A stretch of 58,450 nt of DNA from Deltaproteobacteria bacterium (GCA_016874935.1 VGSS01000002.1:1-58450), one strand, 5' to 3'; counted from the first letter of the stretch, positions 17,325 through 27,000 are shown. The notes: generated by a model not told the origin, from the letters alone. A program made the numbers and translations.

Positions 17325-18569
17325 TTATGGTTTGAGCGGGGGGAATTCCCGGCTATAAACAGGCTGCTTCAAGAATTCCTCTGGTTTGTATTTCCAGAAC
17401 TGAGAAACTTTGGGATATGTATGAATGATCGAATTCTGAAGCTCTCCACCGACTTTCTCCACCTTCCGGATATAAACATCTTGGATCGGATTTCCGTATT
17501 CATCCAACCTGAAATCTCCGCGAGGAACATCTCTAAGCTCCACCTTTTTGAGGGCATCCATAAACTTGTGCTTATTCTCTACATCTCCGCCAATAGCCTT
17601 GATGGCTTCTACAATCCATCTCGCTCCCGTGTAAGTGCCTTCTGAGTAGTAGGAAGCGGCCTTCTTCGCCTTTTCGCGAAAAGCCTTCACGAATCGCTTG
17701 TTTGCCGAGTTATCCAATGCCCCGCTATAATGCAGAGCGCTGATGATTCCCAGAGCCTCATCGCCCATGGAAGGAAGGGCATGTTCATCCGTGGTTGTTC
17801 CTCCGGCGACCACCTGGATTCTCCCCTTGAGACCAAACTCCTGATATTGCTTGACGAACTGAAGTGTTGAACGGCCTACGAATAGGGCATACACCACATC
17901 GGCCTCTCTCGAAATCTGGGCCAGGAAGGGGCTGAAATCGGTGACAGTCAGAGGGGTCCATATCTTCTGGATAATTTTTCCTCCTGCCTCCTCGAAGGTT
18001 TTTTGGAAACCTCCAGCGGACTCCCACCCAAAAGCATAATCGAGACCGATCACCACTCCCTTTCTCAGTTTGAGGACCTGGTAAGTGTACTCTCCAAGGG
18101 AGTGATTGGGCTGGCTGCTATTCCATCCTGTCCGAACGATCCATTTTGGTCTCTGTCGCTGAGTCAGATCATCAGGCGCCATGATGGGATAGGTTGTTGG
18201 AATCTCTTTGGAATCAATATAGGGGGCTAGTGCATAACCCGTGGAGGCTAAAAGGCCTCCTGTCATGACGTGAACCCCATCCTTTTCCACTAATTTTCTT
18301 GTCTTCGTTAGGCCTGCCGCTGGAGTTCCCTCGTCGTCCTCTACGATAAGTTCAATTTTTCGGCCGGCTGCGGTGTAACCAATCTCTTCCAAATAAAGCT
18401 GTATGCCCGATAGCATGTCCTTCCCTGTCGCGGCAAATGCACCTGATAAAGGAGCTATGAAGCCGATCTTGATCGGTCCCTTGGCCTGAGCCCATACGGT
18501 GGAAGTGTTGAAAAATATTAGGCTTACGATAGCTACCAACATCGCCAGAAAAAAAACTTTTTTCATCAT
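17325..18569 (-). CDS. ABC transporter periplasmic substrate-binding protein (Leu/Ile/Val-binding, PBP type 1 fold)
   Basis: The signal peptide is MMKKVFFLAMLVAIVSLIFFNTSTVWAQA, followed by IKIGFIAPLSGAFAATG, which is typical of LivK/LivJ-like proteins. Confidence 0.8.
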   Translation of the reverse strand: MMKKVFFLAMLVAIVSLIFFNTSTVWAQAKGPIKIGFIAPLSGAFAATGKDMLSGIQLYLEEIGYTAAGRKIELIVEDDEGTPAAGLTKTRKLVEKDGVHVMTGGLLASTGYALAPYIDSKEIPTTYPIMAPDDLTQRQRPKWIVRTGWNSSQPNHSLGEYTYQVLKLRKGVVIGLDYAFGWESAGGFQKTFEEAGGKIIQKIWTPLTVTDFSPFLAQISREADVVYALFVGRSTLQFVKQYQEFGLKGRIQVVAGGTTTDEHALPSMGDEALGIISALHYSGALDNSANKRFVKAFREKAKKAASYYSEGTYTGARWIVEAIKAIGGDVENKHKFMDALKKVELRDVPRGDFRLDEYGNPIQDVYIRKVEKVGGELQNSIIHTYPKVSQFWKYKPEEFLKQPVYSREFPPLKP

Positions 18570-18871
18570 CGTTTTCTCCTTTCTTTTTAATTGCTGTTAA
18601 TTAGAAAATAGAATCTCGTTTAACGTTGTCGAAGCTCGTATCGAGGCTCGCCCTGTACCATATTAGGTTCAGGGCTCGTCTTACGAAACTTGAAACTCGA
18701 GCATCCTGCGTCGAGCTTCGGGCTTCTATACGAGCATCGTCACCCATAACCGTTTGACTACCAATTTTCATGATTCGAGGGTGCCCTCCGGGAATGGGCC
18801 ATTAATTAAAAAATAATTTTAACTCCTTCGCTCTCCTCTCCCTCTATGGGAGCGGAGTCCATGAATGTGCC

Positions 18872-19729
18872 TCATTGCAAACGCGTGTTCGCTGGGAGCC
18901 GAATGGTTTTAAAACTCCGGATTGCCTCGGTGATTGATTTTTCCACCGGTATTCGTTCAGCGGTTGACCCTCCCACGTATCCGTCTAACCCCTTTACCCT
19001 CTCAAGAAGGTAGGTCACATCCTGAGGGGTTTCTGTAGCTCCCCCGTGACAGGTCACAACGACATCTGGCTTCTTTTTCTTGACCGTATCAATGATATTC
19101 TGGATAAGACCTATCATTGCTTCCAAAGAAGTCACCGTTTTGGAGCCAATTGACCCGCCACTGGTATTCCCTCCATGGGCGATGATGTTATCGCATCCGG
19201 CCTCGACCATCTTCAGGGCCTCTTCCGGTGAAGTGACAAAGGCTTTTGTGTAGAGGCCTTTCTGATGGGCAATCGCTATCATCTCCACTTCTTTGTCAAA
19301 CGTGATCCCTGTTTCCTCAAGGACTCTTCTAAAGTTCCCATCGATGAGGGCAAGGGTAGGGCAGTTCAATATTCCTGAAAAACCAGCGGTTAAGATTTCA
19401 TCTAAAAAAAATTCCATGTTCCGGGTGGGATCGGCTCCAAGAAGTCCTGCCATGACGGGGGTATGATTGATTACAGGGAGGATATCCCTTTTGCCTAATT
19501 CAAGGGTAACGGCGTTTGCATCGGCAATCGAAAGATAACCAGCCATGGAGGAAAGCCCTGCCATTCGAAACCTTGCCAAGATGTGGGTTGTAATCATGTC
19601 TGCGCCGCCTACCTCTGCAAATTTGGCGGAGATCCCTGTTCCAGCAAAAGCGTCAAAGAGAGCCTGCCCTTGCTGAATTTCTGCTTTGAATCTGTCTACA
19701 ATCTCCTGTCTCTTAAATCGCTTGACCAT
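18872..19729 (-). CDS. Phosphoenolpyruvate hydrolase-like TIM-barrel protein (PF09370 family, usual partner of UPF0261)
   Basis: Family-typical blocks are GTGISAKFAEVGGADMI, ARFRMAGLSSMAGYL, ANAV, GFSGILNCPTLALIDGNFRRVLEETG, EVEMIAIAH and TCHGG. The start was set at ATG 19729, with GGAGG 7 nt upstream. Confidence 0.8.
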   Translation of the reverse strand: MVKRFKRQEIVDRFKAEIQQGQALFDAFAGTGISAKFAEVGGADMITTHILARFRMAGLSSMAGYLSIADANAVTLELGKRDILPVINHTPVMAGLLGADPTRNMEFFLDEILTAGFSGILNCPTLALIDGNFRRVLEETGITFDKEVEMIAIAHQKGLYTKAFVTSPEEALKMVEAGCDNIIAHGGNTSGGSIGSKTVTSLEAMIGLIQNIIDTVKKKKPDVVVTCHGGATETPQDVTYLLERVKGLDGYVGGSTAERIPVEKSITEAIRSFKTIRLPANTRLQ

Positions 19730-19751
19730 CTTATTCCTCCCAATTCCTCCA

Positions 19752-20729
19752 TTATGTAACTCCTTCGGTCTCGGCCTTTTCCTCACCTCCTTTTAGCCAA
19801 TCATTGATAAGATTAATCAGTCCTTGGGGTGCGTAAAGAATAGTAAGAATGTAAATGGTTCCTACAATGAGGAGCCAACGATGGGTATAGGCACTGATAA
19901 AGTTTTTAAGGAATATTATGATTCCTGCGCCAAGAACCGGGCCGATCAAAGTCCCTGGGCCTCCCAGAATCACCATCAAAATAATTTCTATGGATGCAGT
20001 GAGTTCCATGTCATAAGGACTAACAAAGCCATTGTAATACGCCCAGAACACTCCTGCAGCGCCTCCAAAGAATGCCGCAATCACATAGCTAATGTACTTG
20101 TGAAGCCAGGTATGATATCCGAGAACCTTCATACGAGATTCGCTTTCCCGAATCCCTTTCAGGCTGTGACCGAAGGGTGAACGCACAAAGATAATGATCA
20201 GGGCAAGACAGATTATAAAAAAAACGAGTGTGAAATAATAAAAGGTAAGGGGGTCTTTCAGGGAGATGGGCAACCCGAGGTCAGGCCTTATGATGCCAGC
20301 GATGCCATTATCTCCACCAGTCATGCTGACCCAGCGAAATGCGAGGCCCCATAGGACCATACCAAGCGCCAGTGTAATGATCAGAAAATAGACCCCTGTT
20401 GCATGGGCCACCAAAAGGCCGAAGATGAGGCTAATCCCTGTGGCCAGAGCGACGCCGCTCACAAAACAGGTAAAAAAACCCATCTGGTAGCGAGTGGTAA
20501 GAATGGCAACCACATAGGCAGAGGCCCCGAAGAAACCGGCATGACCGAAAGATGAGAGGCCTGTAAATCCCATAAGGATATCGAGACTTCCGGCAAGGAC
20601 AGCATAAATAAGCATCTGGGTGACTAAGGTGATCCAATAAGAGCTGTAGAAGGGCGGCAGGAGCACGAGGACAACAAAGGCCATGCACAGACCAAAAATC
20701 TTGATGATTGGGACATAGCTTTTTTTCAT
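19752..20729 (-). CDS. livM: HAAT-family ABC transporter permease
   Basis: It is a multi-span hydrophobic protein. The start was set at MKKSYVPII (ATG 20729), 2 nt after the livH stop, because the 41-codon extension overlaps livH. Confidence 0.8.
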   Translation of the reverse strand: MKKSYVPIIKIFGLCMAFVVLVLLPPFYSSYWITLVTQMLIYAVLAGSLDILMGFTGLSSFGHAGFFGASAYVVAILTTRYQMGFFTCFVSGVALATGISLIFGLLVAHATGVYFLIITLALGMVLWGLAFRWVSMTGGDNGIAGIIRPDLGLPISLKDPLTFYYFTLVFFIICLALIIIFVRSPFGHSLKGIRESESRMKVLGYHTWLHKYISYVIAAFFGGAAGVFWAYYNGFVSPYDMELTASIEIILMVILGGPGTLIGPVLGAGIIIFLKNFISAYTHRWLLIVGTIYILTILYAPQGLINLINDWLKGGEEKAETEGVT

Positions 20730-20733
20730 CGTT

Positions 20734-21591
20734 CTATTCTCTTCCGAAAAGCCCGGTGGGCTTAACGGCAACCACAATGGCCATTGGAGCAAAAAGCGTG
20801 AAATAAGAGAGTTCGGGGAACAATGCCTTTCCGAAGTTGTCGACCAAGCCAACCAGAATAGCCCCGACAGCCGACCCTTTTAGGCTTCCACGCCCCCCTA
20901 CAATTACGACAACAAAACCGAGCGCGAGGAGCTCAAAATCGAGGCCGGGGTAGACGCCAAAGATAGGACCGCCCATAACCCCCCCAAAGGCAGCCAAAGC
21001 TGCTCCTAAACCAAACATACACCCCGATATGAGGGGAACATTGAGACCTACCCCGCCGGCCATTTCATGATCATCCACCGACGCCCTCAATTTCGCTCCA
21101 ACGAGAGTTTTTTCGTTGAATAACCATAGGCAAAGGGCAACGAGAGCGGCCATCCCAATGACAAATAGACGGTAGATCGGAAACACTACGTCGAAGATTT
21201 TTGTAGACCCTTTTAAAAATTCCGGGCAAGGAAGGCTATAAGGATCTCCTCCCCAGATAAGGAAGGCGAGGTCCCGAAAAACAAGGGCAAATCCAAGGGT
21301 AATCATCATTTGTGGAAGAGCCTGCAAAGGAAACTTTCTTAAAAATCCACGTTCCATGATAAGTCCAAGAAAACCGATGGAAAGGCCTGCGGCGATAGCG
21401 CCAAGAAAGAAGTTCTTAGTCCATAAGATGACCGAAAGCCCGATATAGGCGCCTAACATGAAATATGACCCATGAGCGATGTTCACAATCTTCATCACTC
21501 CATAGATCAATGATAGCCCGCTGGCCAATAAGAAAAGAAGAGCCGCAAAAGAGAGGCCATTCAGTGTTTGAACCAATATGAATTGGCTCAA
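20734..21591 (-). CDS. livH: HAAT-family ABC transporter permease
   Basis: N-terminus MSQFILVQTLNGLSFAALLFLLASGLSLIYGVMKIVNIAHGS is typical of LivH. Confidence 0.85.
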   Translation of the reverse strand: MSQFILVQTLNGLSFAALLFLLASGLSLIYGVMKIVNIAHGSYFMLGAYIGLSVILWTKNFFLGAIAAGLSIGFLGLIMERGFLRKFPLQALPQMMITLGFALVFRDLAFLIWGGDPYSLPCPEFLKGSTKIFDVVFPIYRLFVIGMAALVALCLWLFNEKTLVGAKLRASVDDHEMAGGVGLNVPLISGCMFGLGAALAAFGGVMGGPIFGVYPGLDFELLALGFVVVIVGGRGSLKGSAVGAILVGLVDNFGKALFPELSYFTLFAPMAIVVAVKPTGLFGRE

Positions 21592-21713
21592 GATGTATAC
21601 CCCCTTTTTTCAGAAATTTATCAACTTATACTCTATCAAGTACTTTTCCAAGGGGTGCTTCCTGTAAACTTCAAACCCTTTTCTTCAGTACCGATCCCAT
21701 GAGAGCTCAAGGA

Positions 21714-22274
21714 TCACGATCCTTTTACAAACCTCTGAAGGGATGTTGGCATCCTGCATTCGGGCACGAGCTCAGGGGCAGAAAGGACCACCTCAACAGC
21801 CAACTCAGCTCCCTTCTGGTAGATGAATCGGCACGAATTTTCCCGATCCATCTTTTGATAAAACGGCCTGAGCATGGCACAACACTTTCCTCCCAATTCC
21901 TCATAAAACCGCTTGTGTAAATTAGCTGACAGCTGACTAATGCACCCATACTTTGGACCTACAGGTGCTGTCCTTCCATAAAATACACCCAATATTAGAA
22001 CTCCTGCAGCCAGAGCGCCGCACATACATCCTGTCGGAGTTCCTTCCATTCCTTTTTCGTCTGTTTTGACCGCTCCACCCCCCCCATGGAATCCAGAGGC
22101 TATTTGGGGAGGGTTGGGTTTGACTTTCAGCTCAAGAACCTCTGCGACCGCAGCGAAAACCGATTCGCTTCAATGGAAGCCCTTCTTACGGTTATAGTTA
22201 GCTAATCGCCCCGCTTTCTTTGCAATCGCGGATATATTATGGTTGGCGATCAATCGATTTCGTGTTGAGGCCAT
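21714..22274 (-). CDS. C_GCAxxG_C_C family putative redox protein with one in-frame TGA (22170..22172): selenocysteine candidate or pseudogene
   Basis: Listed ORF 21714..22049 (CMCGALAAG...C...C) extends in frame through a single TGA to ATG 22274. The translation reads ...NYNRKKGFH[TGA]SESVFAAVAEVL...ASGFHGGGG...CGALAAG. The TGA sits where the family has its first invariant Cys. Confidence 0.5.
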
Positions 22275-22288
22275 TGTTTTAAACCGAT

Positions 22289-23545
22289 TCACTTCAGCAT
22301 CTCTTCTTCAAAGGGAAAGAGGGTAAAAAACTCATGCCCTTTGTCCGTAATCAATAAGTCGGTTTCCAGGCGAACCGTTTGTTCAAGGTTGGGGTGACCC
22401 GCAAACGTTTCTACGGCAAAGTACATATTTGGTTTGATCTCGGCGGGGTATTTCAGGGAGTAAGCCCTTGAAATCCACATGCCCTCATATAGGGTTAACC
22501 CGATGGAATGGGCAAACTGCTGAAGGGTTACGGTCCCGTACTTGTCGTCATCATAGACTGGAAATTTTTCAGCAACGTCCTTGCTTGTGTTGCCAGGCTT
22601 CATCATTTCAATGGCTGCCATAAGGGAATCGTAACATTCCTTATAAAGGTCTTTCTCTTTGGGGGTAGGTTTTCCCTCCACCTTCCAGCAGCGCACATAG
22701 TCCACGAAATATCCAGAAGGTCCCACTGTGTTATTATCGATGATGATCAAATCTCCCTGGCGGATGATCTTGTCAGTCGGCCAGCGCCTGTAGGGGCTTG
22801 TATTTCCACCGGAAGCGACAATAATTTCGTAAACGATTTCACATCCCCTCTCGTACATGTACTCGATCATTTTTCCAGAGAGCTCCCTCTCCGTGATCCC
22901 GGGCTTCGCCCATTCATAGCGTGCCTTGTACATACAGGCATCCGCAATGGCAGCGGACTGCTTTAAGAGCTCGATCTCATCTCGGGTCTTAACCACTCGA
23001 GCAGCGGACAATGCTGGCATTGCATTGACCACATTGACTCCCTTTTTCTGGAAAGCCGCCAGGGATGCCATATCGAGGGAATCAATCCCGATCTTTTCCT
23101 TTTCGACCTTGTGCTCGCGAAGGACTTCCATGACACTATCCACCATTCGATCCACCATGTATTCCACCGCGCCTTCCGACCATCTCCAGGTGATCGCCGG
23201 GCGTATCCTTCCCTCCATCCATGGAAGGTCCATTCTGGCGCAGATGAGGTCAGAACCAGCGGTTTCAAAAAGGATGGGCTCTCCTCCCCGGGGAAGGACG
23301 GCATAACGGATGAAGATGTTATACTTCCAGTTTCCTTGGAAAGAACTGGTCAGATAGCGGACGTTCGCTCCATCATAAACCACCAGCGCCCCAAGGTCAT
23401 GGATTTCCATCTGTTCCTTGGCCCGAGCCAATCGTTCTTTCCGGAGACGCTCAAAATTAACCCTCTCCTGCCAATCCACACCGGTAAGAGAGAATACTCT
23501 CCTGGCATCATACTCATGTGGTTTGCCAATAAAAGAGATATCCAT
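22289..23545 (-). CDS. M24-family metallopeptidase-fold hydrolase (Xaa-Pro peptidase/creatinase-like), canonical ligands retained
   Basis: The pattern is GDLIIIDNNTVGPSGYFVDYVRC ... FAHSIGL ... YFAVET ... VRLET, and an N-terminal creatinase/prolidase-type domain is present. The start was set at ATG 23545 with AAGGAGGA upstream. Confidence 0.75.
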   Translation of the reverse strand: MDISFIGKPHEYDARRVFSLTGVDWQERVNFERLRKERLARAKEQMEIHDLGALVVYDGANVRYLTSSFQGNWKYNIFIRYAVLPRGGEPILFETAGSDLICARMDLPWMEGRIRPAITWRWSEGAVEYMVDRMVDSVMEVLREHKVEKEKIGIDSLDMASLAAFQKKGVNVVNAMPALSAARVVKTRDEIELLKQSAAIADACMYKARYEWAKPGITERELSGKMIEYMYERGCEIVYEIIVASGGNTSPYRRWPTDKIIRQGDLIIIDNNTVGPSGYFVDYVRCWKVEGKPTPKEKDLYKECYDSLMAAIEMMKPGNTSKDVAEKFPVYDDDKYGTVTLQQFAHSIGLTLYEGMWISRAYSLKYPAEIKPNMYFAVETFAGHPNLEQTVRLETDLLITDKGHEFFTLFPFEEEMLK

Positions 23546-23642
23546 TGTTCTTCCTCCTTTTAATTTCAATTTGGCCCTTTAGCCATTTCGTTGTTCAATC
23601 TAAACGTTGATAGAGTATGATCTCACGATACCGTGGCACTTG

Positions 23643-24359
23643 TCACTTAACTAAAGCTAAAGCCGTCAAGAGGGCCTGCTCCTCTTCGGTCATGTGTTTT
23701 CTCATCGCTTCCACCGCTTTCTGAATCTCTCTTTTCTTCAGTGCAACATAGATCCTTTTGTGGGCGAGAAGAGATCGTTTAGGCGATCTGGCGATACGGT
23801 ATATCTTGTCATGACTTTTACGGATAAGGTCTATCAAGGTATCCCAGAGGAAAATCAAAATTTCATTCTGGCCTGCTTCGGCAATGAGACGGTGAAACCG
23901 AATTCCTGAGGAGATGAATAAGTCTTGATTGTCAATATTTTTTTTCATCTCTTCGATGCAGTTCCAGAGGTTCTTCAATAAGAATTCTGTAACCTTTCTT
24001 TCCAAGAGCTCCACCATGGCCACTTCAAGAATCTTCCGCACCTGCCAGAGTTTAATAAAATTGTCCCGCTCCATCTGAAGCATGGAACTGATAGATAGAT
24101 TCACTGATTCTACATAGGGAAGAAAACTCACTTCTTTGACATAAATTCCGTCCCCCATGTTAATCTCGATAAAACCCATGACTGAAAGGATCCGGAGAGC
24201 CTCTCGAAGGGAAGGCCGGCTGATGTTGAGTTGTTCTGAGAGGTTACGTTCCGAGGGGAGCCGGTCTCCAGGTTTGTAGCGGTTTCTCAAAATCAGGGAT
24301 TGGATCTGCTTCACCGCATTCTCATAGAGTCTTACCTTTTGGATCGGCTTTAGTAACAT
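23643..24359 (-). CDS. GntR-family transcriptional regulator (FadR/FCD subfamily)
   Basis: The winged-helix N-terminus is PGDRLPSERNLSEQLNISRPSLREALRIL, and the all-helical C-terminal domain is ~150 aa. Confidence 0.85.
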   Translation of the reverse strand: MLLKPIQKVRLYENAVKQIQSLILRNRYKPGDRLPSERNLSEQLNISRPSLREALRILSVMGFIEINMGDGIYVKEVSFLPYVESVNLSISSMLQMERDNFIKLWQVRKILEVAMVELLERKVTEFLLKNLWNCIEEMKKNIDNQDLFISSGIRFHRLIAEAGQNEILIFLWDTLIDLIRKSHDKIYRIARSPKRSLLAHKRIYVALKKREIQKAVEAMRKHMTEEEQALLTALALVK

Positions 24360-24475
24360 TTCGTTTCTCTGTTTACCCCCTTCAATTTTTAAGGGATATG
24401 AAGGTGATTAAGTAGCTCTTACGACTTTCCGATCGTATATTAACAGTCTCATAATTGAATTGACATAAGTATTAG

Positions 24476-24549
24476 AAAATCTCCCCTTGCCCCTCTTTTC
24501 CAAAGAGGGGTAATCCCTCCCTTTAACAAAGGGAGGTTAGGTGGGATTT
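24476..24549. repeat. Structured GC-rich intergenic repeat, family A copy 2
   Basis: The sequence reads AAAATCTCCCC...CCCCTCTTT-tcc-AAAGAGGGG...CCTCCCTTT-aac-AAAGGGAGG TTAGGTGGGATTT. It has the same two-hairpin core as 15587..15665 and sits inside a longer palindrome, 24436..24589. Confidence 0.8.
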
Positions 24550-24795
24550 ACAAATTTATGTCGTTACTATTTTAAGACTGTTAATAATATAGGGTCTCAT
24601 CGTTTTTCTCGAACTGCCAATAATATTCTGACAGCCGTCCCCTCTCCTGGTATCAACTTATAAAGAGGTAAAGTGATTTGACCAATTTCCTACCATCTTT
24701 CTATCCCCTTGTCAAGAAAAAAATTTTTTCTGAAAAAAATGTTTTCCTGTCATTTAAGAATTAAAAGTGCACCGTTTTTCGCTACTGTCCCAACG

Positions 24796-25135
24796 TTAAG
24801 AGAATAAATTCAACTGGTTAGAAGTAGCATCCTTTATTTCTTGAGGTTTAATAGCTCCCAACGCCTCTAAAATGGGGCTTTTTTAGAAAAGAGTAACGCT
24901 CAAAATCTGTAGAATTGTGTAGAGGTTCTTTTCGAGTTTGAGTTGTTTTTTGACGATGGCCACCAGCACATAAACCGTGATGGCGATCCAGATTTGGGTT
25001 TTGACGGTATTTTCGCTTGTGCCATAAAAGGCTTTGATTCGAAGATGCTGTTTGATCCATTTGAAGAACAATTCGATCTGCCATCGGGCTTGATAAAGCT
25101 GAGCGATGGTCAAAGCGGGCAGTGCGGCTTGTAAA
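24796..25135 (-). pseudogene. IS4-family transposase remnant (C-terminal ~110 codons, in-frame TAA)
   Basis: The translation is LPALTIAQLYQARWQIELFFKWIKQHLRIKAFYGTSENTVKTQIWIAITVYVL...SVTLF*KSPILEALGAIKPQE...NLFS. It carries the YxxRWxIExxFKxxK DDE-C motif, TAA replaces the expected Glu, and the catalytic N-terminal two-thirds are missing. Confidence 0.75.
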
Positions 25136-25630
25136 GAGTCACCTCTCGCTGGAGGTATTGGTTAAAGCGCGGCAGCGAATTATGGAGATCGGCGATGCGG
25201 CATCCGGGTGACCATAGATGGCTTGCTCAATACCCGGAAAGAAACGGCTGTGGAAGAAGCAGTAAGGAAGGAGTTTATCAAAAAATTGCCCTGAAAAAAG
25301 AATTCAGACAAGACCTGCGTGACAAAACTCACCGAAGCTCTCTTTTGATAACTTTTTTGCCCTAGTTTCCGCCCGAGTCCGTGCATTTGAGACTTCGGAT
25401 TGGAACTAAGCAACGAGTGGCGGTGGATTTAGGTCTCTTTTTCCCCTTGTTTTATGCCCTTTTTTGATTATGCTGATTCTTGGACTTAACCATTTGAGTT
25501 ACCTCCTTGTTCGTTCTTGGGTTTTTGCCTATTCTTGCTCACCCAAGAATATAGAGGGGCCCAGATGGTCAGTCCACTATTTTTCACCAATATCCCATTC
25601 CGCTGACGCAATATTCAGGTAGAAGCAATA

Positions 25631-26020
25631 TCAATCAATAACTGCAATAACTTCGATTTCGACCAACCAATCAGGATGCACCAGTCTTGGAATCTGCACA
25701 GTAGTACTAGCAACAGGCTCTTTAGGAAAATATTCCTGTCTGATTCTTGCTATGTATGGCAGGTGGGCCTCCAAATCCGTTGAATAGACATTCACCTTCA
25801 CCACTTGATCGAAACTAGCTCCAGCGGCTTTTAGACACCTTGCTATATTTTCAAAAACTTGCCGTGTCTGAATCTCAATGTCGCCCTTTCCCACCAGATT
25901 CCCATCGGCATCCATGGACGTCTGACCAGCAACATAGACCTGATTTCCGATCTTTGTGACGTGGGCAAATTTAGGGCGAGGGTCCAGAAGACCTTCTGGT
26001 TGTATGCTTTTTTTGGGCAT
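25631..26020 (-). CDS. RidA/YjgF/UK114-family reactive-intermediate deaminase
   Basis: It is 129 aa, with ...VYVAGQTSMDADGNLVGKGDIEIQTRQVFENI...KVNVY...VQIPRL...LVEIEVIAV, the family-typical pattern. Confidence 0.8.
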   Translation of the reverse strand: MPKKSIQPEGLLDPRPKFAHVTKIGNQVYVAGQTSMDADGNLVGKGDIEIQTRQVFENIARCLKAAGASFDQVVKVNVYSTDLEAHLPYIARIRQEYFPKEPVASTTVQIPRLVHPDWLVEIEVIAVID

Positions 26021-26303
26021 TCTTTTCCTCCTTTCGTGTGACTAGATAACCTCCTCCATTAACAAATTAAGGTATATCGGACCGCAATCGCAGAAGCTAA
26101 CCTGCTGTCCTACTGCCAAATCCACAAAAAGGCGTCGCTAGTGTAATGTTACAGTAACGGCTTTACAACGAGCGACCTTTTCCAAGATCGTGCCCACAAT
26201 TGACATCAGGGGTCAACGCTTTATCTGTCTTTATTATCTGTTTCCCTTTGGTTCGTTCCTTTGTCATATTCCCTACTTTATACTCGTTATCATCCCTCAA
26301 TAA

Positions 26304-26963
26304 TCAATCTTTAGTAGTAGATTTAAGTGTCATAAGTATTTCTTTCGCTTTGCGTAGCCCATCAGCGGCATCTTTACAGTAGGCATCGCCGCCAATTTTT
26401 TCCACTAAACCACTGCTAACCGCAACTCCACCAATAAGAATTTTTACTTTATCTCTTACTCCTGCTTTTTTAATTGCGCTAATAATATTCTCAATATTGT
26501 GGAGTACAGTCGTAAGAATCGCTGAAACACCCAATAGTTGAATATCATTATTGGAAAGAACCTCCACAAACTTTTCTGGTGGTACATCAACACCCAGGTC
26601 GATCATTTCTATACCTCCGCCCTCCATCACAGAAATAACTATATTCTTTCCAATATCATGTAGATCATCTTTTACTGTACCAATGGCCATGCGACCCAAT
26701 CGTCTAACTTCACCCCTGACGATGTAAGGCCTTAACTTATTTAAGGCCATATGCATAACCTTAGCCGAAACCATCATCTCTGGTAAAAAAATTTGAGAGG
26801 CAGAGAAAAGATGCCCAACCTCATCCATTCCGGGAATAAGAGCTCGATCAAGGATGTCTTGAGCAGACATTCCCAGGTCCAAACTAACCTGTACTAAGGA
26901 ATCTATATGGGCAATATCTCCTTTTATTACTGCTTGGGTCAACTGTTCCATAATGTTCAACAT
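26304..26963 (-). CDS. Corrinoid (cobalamin)-binding protein of a methyltransferase system
   Basis: An N-terminal helical B12-binding_2 cap is followed by a Rossmann-type B12 domain with DLHDIGKN (DxHxxG), GVSAILTT (SxL) and ILIGG. Confidence 0.85.
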   Translation of the reverse strand: MLNIMEQLTQAVIKGDIAHIDSLVQVSLDLGMSAQDILDRALIPGMDEVGHLFSASQIFLPEMMVSAKVMHMALNKLRPYIVRGEVRRLGRMAIGTVKDDLHDIGKNIVISVMEGGGIEMIDLGVDVPPEKFVEVLSNNDIQLLGVSAILTTVLHNIENIISAIKKAGVRDKVKILIGGVAVSSGLVEKIGGDAYCKDAADGLRKAKEILMTLKSTTKD

Positions 26964-27000
26964 ATGGGTCCCTTCTTCTTTAACCTTTGCTTTTAGGAAA

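Noticed and set aside
25136-25630. There may be additional coding sequence upstream of the IS4 remnant: ORF 25180..25413 and a 13-codon ORF with AAGGAGG at ~25480.
   Set aside because: No recognisable domain is present, and the frames are broken by multiple stops. This is most likely degraded internal sequence of the same IS or non-coding DNA. I could not define inverted repeats.
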